Of a DNA stretch of 64,000 nt, positions 1 through 9,973 are shown piece after piece (positions within the stretch are counted from its first letter, which is position 1; every line of letters begins with the position of its first letter). Where the stretch lies: assembly GCA_000004985.1 (NCBI GenBank), contig GG738861.1. One strand, written 5' to 3'. The translations under genes and the position numbers were made by a program. Origin of the DNA: Naegleria gruberi. Lineage: Eukaryota. The notes beneath the pieces are model-generated. The model saw only the letters and a program-made list of their open reading frames with translations. It was not told the DNA's origin and did not search any database.

Positions 1-1230
1 TAATTAATAATTGGAAATTCATTTGATTTTTCCTCATGAACAAGAGTAAATTTCATCTTGTCACACAATCTAATCAAACCATACTGCAAACTCGAAATCT
101 TAATGATTATTGCTGAGGCATTTGTTTCTTTCAATAGATCCTTGATGGTCACTTCAAAGAGTTGTAAAGCTACGTGAAAATTCGGGTCGACCCATTCATC
201 TTTGGCAATATTAATGTGCTTTTTCAGAGAGAAATCAGTAATTTCAATGACACGAGCTGCATTAGTGAGATTTCTCTTTGTACTGCCACTGCAGAAAATT
301 AACTTTTCCAAAATGAATTTAGAGATGGCCAATTTTTCAACACTTCCATCCTGTTGAATTTCATATTCTAAATATTTAATATGTCCATGAACAATTTGAG
401 GTAACTTGTTGAAAACAGTCTCCTCAGAATTTTTCCAACTCTTATCAATGATTAGATATTCGGTAGAGAAGTAATCTTCATGAATGTCTTGCTTATTCCT
501 ATATTTTTCCAAATTTTTTCTCGTTTCTCTTTGAATATATCTCAGAATCCAATAATATTCAAAGAAACTCAAAGCCAACAAGAATACAGTAAATGAGAAG
601 AAAAACACCATGATATAAAATACACTGGACAAGGCAGTACTATTCCTTAAAAAACTAATGAAAAAATCCATAGTACCCATTTGTGAAATATCTCCCTTCA
701 AATTCATTTCGTTGAGGGCTCGATTTGTTATCGAATTAAACACTGAATTTTCCATAAAATCCCCAACCCAAGAAAATTTAACAAGAGCAACCATACAAAT
801 TGCATTCATTACAACCAATCCCAACAGGAATACCAACATTTTAAAAGGTCCATAATAATATTGCATCAAAGAGTAGAAATTATCAGTGTGATCAACTTTA
901 GAATTCCAATTCAGAGAAAATAATGATTGATGTGAATGTTTCCAATACTCATCTCTCGATGATTGTTCATCCTCTTCGGCATCAAGCAGAAAATTATATT
1001 GAATGCCATATTCTTGATTGTTTTTCTTCGTTCCGACCACTCCATCATTACTCTTGAACAAGATATTAGGAAATATATTGGTAGGAAGTGAATAATCAGA
1101 CAAGAAGGAAATATCCTTCAAATGCAAAGACAATTCAATTGGTAATTGTTTTTCATCTTGTTCGGAACATGATGAGAAATGAGAGAGAAACTCTTCCTTA
1201 TTCACTACTGCAACTTGACTCATTTTTTTG
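1..1230 (-). CDS. 5' part of a membrane-protein gene (partial; continues beyond window start). ATG at 1230..1228 (MSQVAVVNKEEF...), >400 codons open to position 1
   Basis: Manual translation of the minus strand from the ATG at 1228-1230 runs with no stop to the window edge. Amino-acid composition is diverse, with hydrophobic TM-like segments (FYIMVFFFSFTVFLLALSFF). Absent from the ORF track because no stop lies inside the window. Confidence 0.55.
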
Positions 1231-1483
1231 TATTTATTTTTTTTAATGTAATACAAATTGTAAACATTTAAGGATAGAGTCTTTCAAAAAGGTTAAATAA
1301 CAATTTTAAAACAAAATTAGTCTTTCTAAAATGTGAAAGAATTTACTTAGTTTTCATATTGGATTCTGGCTAGGAAAGCATGATGTGAAATATTGTTTAA
1401 CTGAATGAAATGAATCAAGTATTTATTGGAAAATCAAAAGAAGGAATGATATTCAATTAATTGGAAAATAACAAATTTTCTAA

Positions 1484-2609
1484 TTAACAACCCAAAACAC
1501 TCTTGGCCTTAATCCAGTGGTTATCACGATCTTCCTTACCATTGAAACCACCATTAATACGTTTAGTACAGGTATCAAAACCAGTTTGATCACATCTATC
1601 AGCATATTGACTCAATCCAGCACGATTCCTATATAGAAATATGATAAATATGTCAAATAATGAATATTCATTAACACTTACCAGAACCAAACAGCAGTAC
1701 GGAATCCAATATCTGGATCAGCAGCTCTAGTTGGATTATTTTCCAAATCAACTCCGAGAGCTTGACCAGCTGCACGATAATTGGCTCTACCAGTAATTTG
1801 AATTGGACCTCTTCCCTTATACTATTGTTCATTGAAATTTAGTATATTAATATAAAGAAAATGAAACTTACTCTAACACCATCACCAGGATAGATATTTC
1901 CCAAATCCTTTCTTCCTTCATAAGCAGCTCCAGAAGCAAATTCAGTAAACCCTAATCAATTAATATTAATATGAATGTTAATTATTAATATTCAGAGTGC
2001 ATAACACTTACAATTCAAATCACCAGATTCATGGGCAATTTGAGCCAAGAAGGCAGTCATTCTACAACATGTACTAATTCCTCCTTCGGCCATGGCACTG
2101 TTCAAAAAAGTAATGTATTGGATAGCCTTTGTACCGGACAAGTTTGGCATGATAGCTCTCAAACTTTGAATGCTAACAGATGCTGAGAATGAAGCATAGC
2201 TCTTAATAGTAACAAAGTTAGAGGCAACATAACCAGAACCAAATGAACCAGAAACAAGATACCTTTTTTTGATTAATCAAACCGGACGGATATGAAATGA
2301 ATGTGAAAGAACAAATAAGAAAGTGGACGGACAGGGTATTTGATTGTTGTAATCGTTCATATACTTTGTTACAGATTCATTGAAAGATTAATTTACATAC
2401 CATGTGTATCCACAACCGTTTTCCATTTGACCACCGAATTTAACTTCAACACCATGAGGGAGTGTGGTCATGAGATTATAATCGGTGCATGGACCATCTC
2501 TCACTTTTAATCCGGATGGAGCATTCACAATCAATGTGTCTCCGTTTTGCAAGCCAAAAACAGCTTGACACAATAATATGAAGGCAATTAAGGCCGTAAA
2601 CAATTTCAT
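1484..2609 (-). CDS. Secreted SH3b-domain + GH19 (chitinase/lysozyme-like) hydrolase. 5 exons approx 2401..2609, 2012..2262, 1872..1951, 1682..1821, 1484..1628 (274 aa)
   Basis: Signal peptide MKLFTALIAFILLCQAVFG. Bacterial-SH3-like segment (LIVNAPSGLKVRDGPCTDYN...GCGYTWY). GH19 hallmark blocks FLAQIAHESGDL, YKGRGPIQITGRANY, GVDLENNPTRAADPDIGFRTAVWFW. Four introns with GTATGT/GTAAGT donors and AG acceptors restore one continuous frame; summed exon length 825 nt = 275 codons. Confidence 0.75.
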
Positions 2610-3413
2610 TTTTTATATAGGCTGCTGCCAATGAATGGTGCAGCAAACAACTCCAGCTATTTGTGAATTGCATCATTATGCTTCTCATCATTGGCTGCGC
2701 TTAATTAAAGCCCCGTTGAACACCTGTGCTGCTGATTTATAGCACAAGATCTTATTGAGATTTACAGCGCCCCCTTCCAATGGAACTAATAATTGGTGAA
2801 AATAAAATCTTACAGAGTAGTCGACTGTAAAGAGGAAGGCAGGTGGGATATATACTGGTATTGGAGTCGTGGATTTTATTGAATTAATTTCTTCTTACCT
2901 TATTTCTAAAGCACACCACAATAGTTTATCAATCCACTGAAAACCAAATTGATGGAATGCGATTCATGAAGAGAAATCAACTTGCTGTTTCGGATTGGAA
3001 TGTTTAAGACAAATTGCACCAAAATTGTGTTCTAAAGAAAGGATTGATTCAAATGAAATTTTTGGAACTGAAATTTCTAACCATGATTTTCTAACATCCT
3101 TCAACTGGAAATTCGAACATCCAACCATTGATTTTAATATCTCAAATATTCATACTTGAAAGAAATTCCTCAATCAAATAATCTTTACAATATTCATAAA
3201 CATTTGCCAAGTCATTTTTTTAAAATTGAACCAGCACCAATGGTGCTAACAATAAACTATTTAGATTTTTAAAATTGATCCAATTATATAAAATCATTAA
3301 TATCATCACTTAAATTTGTATAGAAATGGAGAAAATGAAAAATTGAAATAATTTAAAATTAATTTTTTAATTCATTCCAATATTCCAATGTACTTAGTTC
3401 TTGTATCCAATAA

Positions 3414-3974
3414 TTAATAATTTCTACCACGAATAGCTTCTCTCAATTTATCATCAGTCTTAGTCTTGTTATATCTACAAATTGGATAAGTAACAAATAA
3501 TGGTAAGAAGAATGACCAAGCACCCTTCTCTATTGTTGCAGCCCATCTTTCCTTTCCCAATCCTTTAAAACGTAAATTTACAAATATCGACACAGGAATT
3601 GCAATACCTGCAGAAATTAAAGAAGCATAGGAGAAACATTTGGTTCCGAAAATCTTGTAGAATAATCGGAATGTACTAAAGTTCTTCATTTGGTCATCAG
3701 TGAGTGGTTTTCTAAATTCATTCTCTTCAAACATTTCTCCAGTTTGTGATTTTGGTACAGGTTCCACAACACTCAGATCGTTAGCAAGTTGTTCCGAAGC
3801 TGTTGATTCTTCATCCGAATTTAAAAATCCAATGAGTGAATTTTTATTTTCTTGTTCCTTTGGATCACGAATTCCTTGTTTTAATTTATAATAAATAGGT
3901 GCACGGAGTTGAAAATTCTTCTCTGGAATGTGCAATTTTGTTGTGATGTATTCCTCTATCGAATTTCTGTCCAT
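3414..3974 (-). CDS. Hypothetical small membrane protein (186 aa)
   Basis: Intact ORF starting at a true ATG. C-terminal hydrophobic segment (ASLISAGIAIPVSIFVNL, SFFLPLFVTYPI). No recognisable family. Confidence 0.45.
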   Translation of the reverse strand: MDRNSIEEYITTKLHIPEKNFQLRAPIYYKLKQGIRDPKEQENKNSLIGFLNSDEESTASEQLANDLSVVEPVPKSQTGEMFEENEFRKPLTDDQMKNFSTFRLFYKIFGTKCFSYASLISAGIAIPVSIFVNLRFKGLGKERWAATIEKGAWSFFLPLFVTYPICRYNKTKTDDKLREAIRGRNY

Positions 3975-4109
3975 TTTTTTTATATTTTGAATTTTAATTA
4001 AATTGATGTCTTTATTGGGAATAAATTAGTATTATAATGTTTGCAAATGTTAAATATTGAATTGAAATTGGCCTAGGGTTTCTTCTTTTCAGAAGGTGGT
4101 GCGAAATAA

Positions 4110-6446
4110 TTATTCTTTGTTTTTGGTTTTGGATTTGTTTTTGGATTTCTTCTTTTTGGACTTTCGAAGACCTTTCTTTCTTTCTTTGAAAGTTTGATGA
4201 CATCCAGTACAAATATATCCACATTTGGATATTTCATCAAGGTGGAAAGAGTATTCGTGGAATACTGGTGGAGTGACTTCGTATTTGGTTGCCATGTCTG
4301 GAATTGGTAAACCACACGCAACACAACTACTTCCCATATCCTTTCTCACTTTTTCATTATCTCCTTCAGTAATTTCTGGAAGGCTCGTAAGTAGGGTGCT
4401 TTTCTTGTGTGAGTAGAGCTTGTCCAGCATTGCTGTATCATCACCAAATTCTATCAATACAGTAGATTCATCAATTCTGTTGGCCTTACATCCAGTAAGA
4501 TAGAATTTGGTTATATATTTGGAACCATACCAAGTAAATTCATCCGATTCTTTGGTAAGGAAAATGGTTTTAACAGCGTCATTGACAGCAATCCTTTCCA
4601 GTCTTCCATTTCTGAGAATTTTCAGTATAGATTTGGCAAATAATGAACGTTTCTTAAAGTAAATATTTACATGGACAGCTTTCAAGTCTACAGAACTCGT
4701 CACGATAAATGTTGGATTGGTAGTGAGAATAGACTCACCATCAATACAAAGCTCCACTGTTGTAAAACGTTCAAACTCTGATATTCCCATCAAATTGTAG
4801 TTGTGTTGATCAATTCTTGAACACTTTTTCAAATCGAACATGGCATTAAACTTTAAAATGAATATTTCAAAGTCTTGAATTGCATACATATCATAAGCTG
4901 CAATGTCTAGATTGATAGCATATTCTTTTTGCCATTCATCCAATATTCCAACATGATAATCGAAATTAGAGTCCAGGTTTTTGCCAATAGTAAGTGGTAC
5001 CTCACCTGTGGCATAAATTGACGAATTAATAATCATCTCAACACCAGTAATGAGAGCACTCAATCCATCCACAGTCCAATTTAAATTAAAGTCGAATGCA
5101 TCTATATCCTTGTATTGATCTTTAAAATAACACCTTCTTTCATCGAGAATATCTTGAATACTTTCTTTTTTCAATATTTCTCTGAACCTAGTTTCAAAGT
5201 ATTTACATCTAGTTACAGCTCCAGCGAAATGGACAGTTTTGATATTCTTTTGTACAATAATTAAACAAAGGGGAACCATCATTTGGTGAAGGGCTTCTTC
5301 AATTTCTTTCTCCAGAGGCACTAGTTCTTCAATTAATGAAGAACTGTTACTCTCAAATTGACTGGCAAGAATATCCAGTGTTTCTTCTCCGTATTTGGAT
5401 TGTATTACTTTGTGTACAATAGACATTCCTCCAACCTCACCATTTTTAAATGTAATCTCTGGTATTCCATCTTCTGTAAATTCTACAACACTGATATCTA
5501 GAGTTAAATGACCTACATCGATATAAAGTGTTGGTTCTTTCACAATATCAATCTGAGAATCGCAATAGTATTTCAAGAGTACAAATTCTTCAATCACATA
5601 CAAGTGCTCAAAATCTAGGTCAACCTCAAATGATGCAAGGGCCTTCATTAGACAATTTCTGTAAACTTTCTTAATATTTTCAGTGGTACCAGTTGGACAT
5701 GTTAATATGAAGGCACTAACATTTGACAATTCGCTCACTACTTTTCCATTGACTTGTGATTTTTTAGTTATACTTTTTGTCAGCAATTCTTTAATAAAGT
5801 GATATATTGCATTGCTGACAGTAACCTTCTCGTTGTTAACTTTAATCGCCAGAGCTTCTTGAACAAGAAATAATTTCTTAATATTCTCCAATTCCTTCCA
5901 TCCATCATTTTCTGGAGCTTTTTCAGCAACAAGAAACTTGGTACTACCCGAAGTTTTACAGAAAATCCTTGATGGATAAAATTGATGGGTGTCAAATTTC
6001 ATCTGTACTGATGTCACACTAGGTTTAGATTTCGAATTAATTACTTTAAACTTTGCTCCTTTAACAAAACTAGATCCAATATCAAGGGCAATAATTGTCT
6101 TTTCCAAATAATTTCTGTAATCAAAAAAATCATTCAGTGGTGGTTTATCTTCGGTATAGTCAAGAGAATTAGAATCAATTGTGATGGAGGTATTTAGTTT
6201 AACTTCCTCACAATAATCCGTTTGTACTTTCCTCTTTTTCCGAGTCTTTGATCGTTTACTAGTATTATTTGATTCACCATTATTTTCCTCTTCCTCATTA
6301 TTATTTGCATCCGCATTAATTCTATCATCAGTTGTTGATACCGATGAGGAAGCACTTGCTTTGGATGATGAACCCGAAAAGTCATCAGCACTTCCTTCTT
6401 CCAATACTTGTGATGATGAGGAAGCGCTTGCTCTCTTCTTTGGCAT
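4110..6446 (-). CDS. Hypothetical protein with actin/Hsp70/sugar-kinase (ASKHA)-like ATPase-fold motifs, N-terminal S/D/E-rich region with basic NLS-like stretch, C-terminal Cys/His-rich cluster (778 aa)
   Basis: Long intronless ORF from a true ATG. Phosphate-1-like motif ALDIGSSFVKGAKFKV and phosphate-2-like motif LYIDVGHLTLDISVVEF. KRSKTRKKRKV basic patch. C-terminal CVACG...CGYICTGCH cluster. Confidence 0.55.
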   Translation of the reverse strand: MPKKRASASSSSQVLEEGSADDFSGSSSKASASSSVSTTDDRINADANNNEEEENNGESNNTSKRSKTRKKRKVQTDYCEEVKLNTSITIDSNSLDYTEDKPPLNDFFDYRNYLEKTIIALDIGSSFVKGAKFKVINSKSKPSVTSVQMKFDTHQFYPSRIFCKTSGSTKFLVAEKAPENDGWKELENIKKLFLVQEALAIKVNNEKVTVSNAIYHFIKELLTKSITKKSQVNGKVVSELSNVSAFILTCPTGTTENIKKVYRNCLMKALASFEVDLDFEHLYVIEEFVLLKYYCDSQIDIVKEPTLYIDVGHLTLDISVVEFTEDGIPEITFKNGEVGGMSIVHKVIQSKYGEETLDILASQFESNSSSLIEELVPLEKEIEEALHQMMVPLCLIIVQKNIKTVHFAGAVTRCKYFETRFREILKKESIQDILDERRCYFKDQYKDIDAFDFNLNWTVDGLSALITGVEMIINSSIYATGEVPLTIGKNLDSNFDYHVGILDEWQKEYAINLDIAAYDMYAIQDFEIFILKFNAMFDLKKCSRIDQHNYNLMGISEFERFTTVELCIDGESILTTNPTFIVTSSVDLKAVHVNIYFKKRSLFAKSILKILRNGRLERIAVNDAVKTIFLTKESDEFTWYGSKYITKFYLTGCKANRIDESTVLIEFGDDTAMLDKLYSHKKSTLLTSLPEITEGDNEKVRKDMGSSCVACGLPIPDMATKYEVTPPVFHEYSFHLDEISKCGYICTGCHQTFKERKKGLRKSKKKKSKNKSKTKNKE

Positions 6447-6542
6447 TTTTTTTGGTAAATTCTTTTTAAATTAAATTGTTAATAATGAAACTTCTTTTGC
6501 TGGCGCCAAATAATAATATTAATAATCGAATGTGACACAATT

Positions 6543-8336
6543 TTATTTTCTCTTGAATAATCTGGACATGAGTGAGTTGCCAGTTCTTTGCTTACAAATA
6601 TCAGAGTAGTATTTACGGAATTGTTCATTTGATATAGAAGCCGATATTCTGTTAACATCACCAATTGCTGCAATACCTGGTTGTTTACCATTGTAGAATA
6701 ATTTGTCCATCATGGCAAGGATATCATTCTTTGAAACAGAATCAATCTTTTCTACAAGGTAATCAACTCCAAAGTATTTGTCATTCCACATTAAATCGTT
6801 AACAGCATTGAGAACCAATGTTGAGTTGTCTTCCAAACTGTGAAGGACTTGGGATTTGTATTGTTGCTTGGCTTGATCCAAGAGGGCATCGTCAATATAT
6901 TCAGGCATCTTGGCCAATAAAGTTAAGATTGCAACTGGGAGTTGACCTGGATTCAATTCTTCATGATTAAGACTTGCATGGAATGAGAAAATACCAGTAT
7001 CAGAATAGGCAAAATGTTGAGCAATCATATTGTGGAATTGATAGGCAGGTAAATAATGTCTATTAATTACAGAGTAAATACCCTTTCCTGGACCTCCACT
7101 TGAGAATGAATCACCTCCTCCCAAAAGTACTTCCAAAATATTTGCAACAAATAAATTATCGCTATCCTTGTATCCAATACCTTCAAATGAAACTGCATAT
7201 GATGTAGTTGGTGGAATATTTTGTAAATAGGCAGATTGTGGTCTTTCCAAAAATTCAGTCATGACTGAAGAAGGATTCCAAACTGGTTTGGCAAAAGCAA
7301 CTGGTTCAAAATTGTTAGAGAGGGCTCCTGGTGAGAAGTCCATATACTTTTTAACAAGGGATAACATCTTGTCGTGTTCAATACCAATCGATGAAATAGT
7401 ACACCTCTTAGGAACATAGAATCTATTGTAGAATTCATAGAGCATTTCAGGTGTAGCATCTTCCTTAATGGATACTGAAGGATTTCCGAGACCTCCTTCC
7501 GAGTTGGTTCCAAAGCATGACTTTAAAATGCAATCTGTCAATACATTAGAATTTGCAGGAATTGCCATTTCAGTTTCTAAATTGTATTTCAATAACTCGA
7601 TAGCATCATCGATATCTGATTGGTAAAACTTTGGATGTAACATTGTGTCAGAAAGGAATTCAAATGCCAATTCTACCTTATCCTTTGGACAAGTGATAAA
7701 GAAGGAATGGCTTTCGTATTCAGATGTTGATTCGTATAATACCTTATCTTCCAAATTTTCCTTCACATAATCTTCGGAAAACTTTCTACTGTGAGCGAAA
7801 GTTAATCTATTGATAATTGTTGAAATTCCTCTTTCTTCTGGTTTTTCATATCTTGGACCAGCTTTGAATGTGACGCAAATATTAACCAGATTAGAATGTT
7901 TAGAAAATGTTGAAACTCTGAGACCATTATCAAGGGATGAAATTTTCAAATCTTTAGCATTAAAGTGAATTCCAGGAACAACATATTCAAGAGAAACCTT
8001 ATCACTAAATAATGATTGTGTAAGATTTGGTAATTTTGGTTTAACATTATTAAATGATGGAGCATCTCCGAGAGTCAAAATTTCCTTGTTGTTTTTCTTT
8101 TTTAAAAGGTCCTTCAATTTTTGTCTATCAAGTTGAGAAGCAGTTTCAAGAACAGGATTTTCGGAATTAATACTACTCTCCTTCAACAATAAATTATTTG
8201 AAAAGGATCTAGTACAAGTAGAAGCGGATCCACTACTCAACAAATTTCCCGAAACTATTGGATTGGTGGCCTTGATAGCCGAGGCCTTTCTATTCAACAA
8301 TTGATGCACAAGAAAATTAGCTGCTGTCTTGTTCAT
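6543..8336 (-). CDS. PMPCA: Mitochondrial processing peptidase alpha subunit-like (M16 family, non-catalytic), 597 aa
   Basis: M16 fold with degenerate zinc motif (no HxxEH; NRLTFAHSRKFS). Characteristic MPP-alpha glycine-rich loop GGGDSFSSGGPGKGIYS. N-terminal presequence-like region. Confidence 0.7.
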   Translation of the reverse strand: MNKTAANFLVHQLLNRKASAIKATNPIVSGNLLSSGSASTCTRSFSNNLLLKESSINSENPVLETASQLDRQKLKDLLKKKNNKEILTLGDAPSFNNVKPKLPNLTQSLFSDKVSLEYVVPGIHFNAKDLKISSLDNGLRVSTFSKHSNLVNICVTFKAGPRYEKPEERGISTIINRLTFAHSRKFSEDYVKENLEDKVLYESTSEYESHSFFITCPKDKVELAFEFLSDTMLHPKFYQSDIDDAIELLKYNLETEMAIPANSNVLTDCILKSCFGTNSEGGLGNPSVSIKEDATPEMLYEFYNRFYVPKRCTISSIGIEHDKMLSLVKKYMDFSPGALSNNFEPVAFAKPVWNPSSVMTEFLERPQSAYLQNIPPTTSYAVSFEGIGYKDSDNLFVANILEVLLGGGDSFSSGGPGKGIYSVINRHYLPAYQFHNMIAQHFAYSDTGIFSFHASLNHEELNPGQLPVAILTLLAKMPEYIDDALLDQAKQQYKSQVLHSLEDNSTLVLNAVNDLMWNDKYFGVDYLVEKIDSVSKNDILAMMDKLFYNGKQPGIAAIGDVNRISASISNEQFRKYYSDICKQRTGNSLMSRLFKRK

Positions 8337-8944
8337 TTTTTTTATCGAGAATTTAAAAAAATTAACTAGATAAAAATTGATTTAATATTCAATTTCCATT
8401 GTCCTAGGTAATGAAGAAGTTGATTGAATTTAGATAATTTATTAATAACAGGTTGTGTGTTGGTAAAATATGCTAAAAGTACGACTATTTGGTATTTCTA
8501 CTCACTTCAGGATGTAATAATTATTAAAATTTGAATGAAGGAATTAAACAAATGAACCTCCGTCGAGAAAAAGTGCATTCATGATTATTCAAGACCTCTA
8601 TTTTAGTTCCTCAAAAATCCTCAGAGAATAAAAACCAAATTAATCAACTTGATGTTGGCAAAATTTCAAGGTTAGGAGGTGAGTGATTGCAGAGTAAAGA
8701 ACCTCTATTACATTTATTTACAATATCAAGAATTTGCACTACTGTTTCGAATGACAAATATGATTCAAGATCATCACAAACCAGCAAACAAACTATGATC
8801 TGAGGAAGGATTACAAAAACACTTGTGGAAATTATTATTTCTCATAATTAACACCCAATTCAAAAAAGTACAAATATTCAAACTCGACATTCCAATAAAC
8901 CTAGGTCAGCCAGACAGCAATTATTTGATCATTGTGAAAAAAAT
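8337..8944. promoter_or_regulatory. Divergent intergenic region between MPP-alpha (minus) and the PL7-like gene (plus); presumed bidirectional promoter
   Basis: 608-bp AT-rich spacer flanked by two outward-facing start codons. No specific motif identified. Confidence 0.3.
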
Positions 8945-9844
8945 ATGAACAAACAAAGTGTTGTCCTCACTTTTGCAGTTATCTGCCTATTCTTCATTCA
9001 TAACCTGAATGCAATTTGGCCTTCTCAAATTATTGACCTTCGCAACTGGAAATTAACACTTCCTGTTGGTGAGCCTGGAGATGCTATGGAAATTAAACAA
9101 CCAACCTTGGATAGATACTCTCTCAATCCATATTTTGGTGCCACTACTAATAACACTGGTGTAAGATTCAGAGTGCTCATGTCCAACGTAACCGTCACAA
9201 CTTCCTCTAATACCAAATATGCAAGAAGTGAATTGAGAGAAATGGATTCTTCAAATCCTAGTAGCACTAAGGCAGCTTGGAATACCACGGTTGGTACTCA
9301 TACCATGATTATCGATCAAACCATTACAAGATTACCAACCACTAGAAAGAAGGTTATTGCTGGTCAAGTCCACGATGCAGATGAATATGTTGTAACCATC
9401 CATTTGGAAGGAACCAAGCTCTATATCAATATCGTAGGAGTTGGAACCACAACCATTTCCCAAAATTATATTGTTGGCACAAGATTCCAAATCAAGATTC
9501 AAGTTAAGAATGGAGTCACAAGTATTTATTACAATAATATGAATACTCCTATTTATTCTATTACAAAGAGTTATAAGGGAGCCTACTTCAAGGCAGGTTG
9601 TTATGCTCAATCTAATTGCGAATTTGAGGGAAGTTTATGTGGAAAATCAAATAATTATGCTGAAGTTGTAATTCATAACTTGACCATTACGCATGAATAC
9701 CCAAGCGTTCAAGCAAGAAATGGAATTCTCAATGGATGGTTTGCAAATATGATTACAAGTGATGGTGTTAGTTTTGGAACCTCTGGTTTGATTCAATTGG
9801 TGTATTCATGTTTGTTGGTTTTCTTATTTGTTATTTTTGCCTAA
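8945..9844 (+). CDS. Secreted polysaccharide lyase family 7 (alginate lyase 2 domain)-like protein with N-terminal signal peptide and C-terminal hydrophobic (GPI-anchor-like) tail, 299 aa
   Basis: The three PL7 signature blocks occur in the right order and spacing: RSELREM, IAGQVHD (QIH block), YFKAGCYAQS (YFKAG-Y-Q block). Signal peptide MNKQSVVLTFAVICLFFIHNLNA. Terminal LVYSCLLVFLFVIFA. Confidence 0.65.
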   Translation: MNKQSVVLTFAVICLFFIHNLNAIWPSQIIDLRNWKLTLPVGEPGDAMEIKQPTLDRYSLNPYFGATTNNTGVRFRVLMSNVTVTTSSNTKYARSELREMDSSNPSSTKAAWNTTVGTHTMIIDQTITRLPTTRKKVIAGQVHDADEYVVTIHLEGTKLYINIVGVGTTTISQNYIVGTRFQIKIQVKNGVTSIYYNNMNTPIYSITKSYKGAYFKAGCYAQSNCEFEGSLCGKSNNYAEVVIHNLTITHEYPSVQARNGILNGWFANMITSDGVSFGTSGLIQLVYSCLLVFLFVIFA

Positions 9845-9973
9845 ATGTTAAGAAGAATGCAATTAACAAACATGCATTGTTTGAAATTGTCTTTAATTAA
9901 AATGAAGGATTTGTGTTAAAACTAAAGAATTCATTAATGTTAATCAATATTAAATTATTTAAAAATTAAAAAA

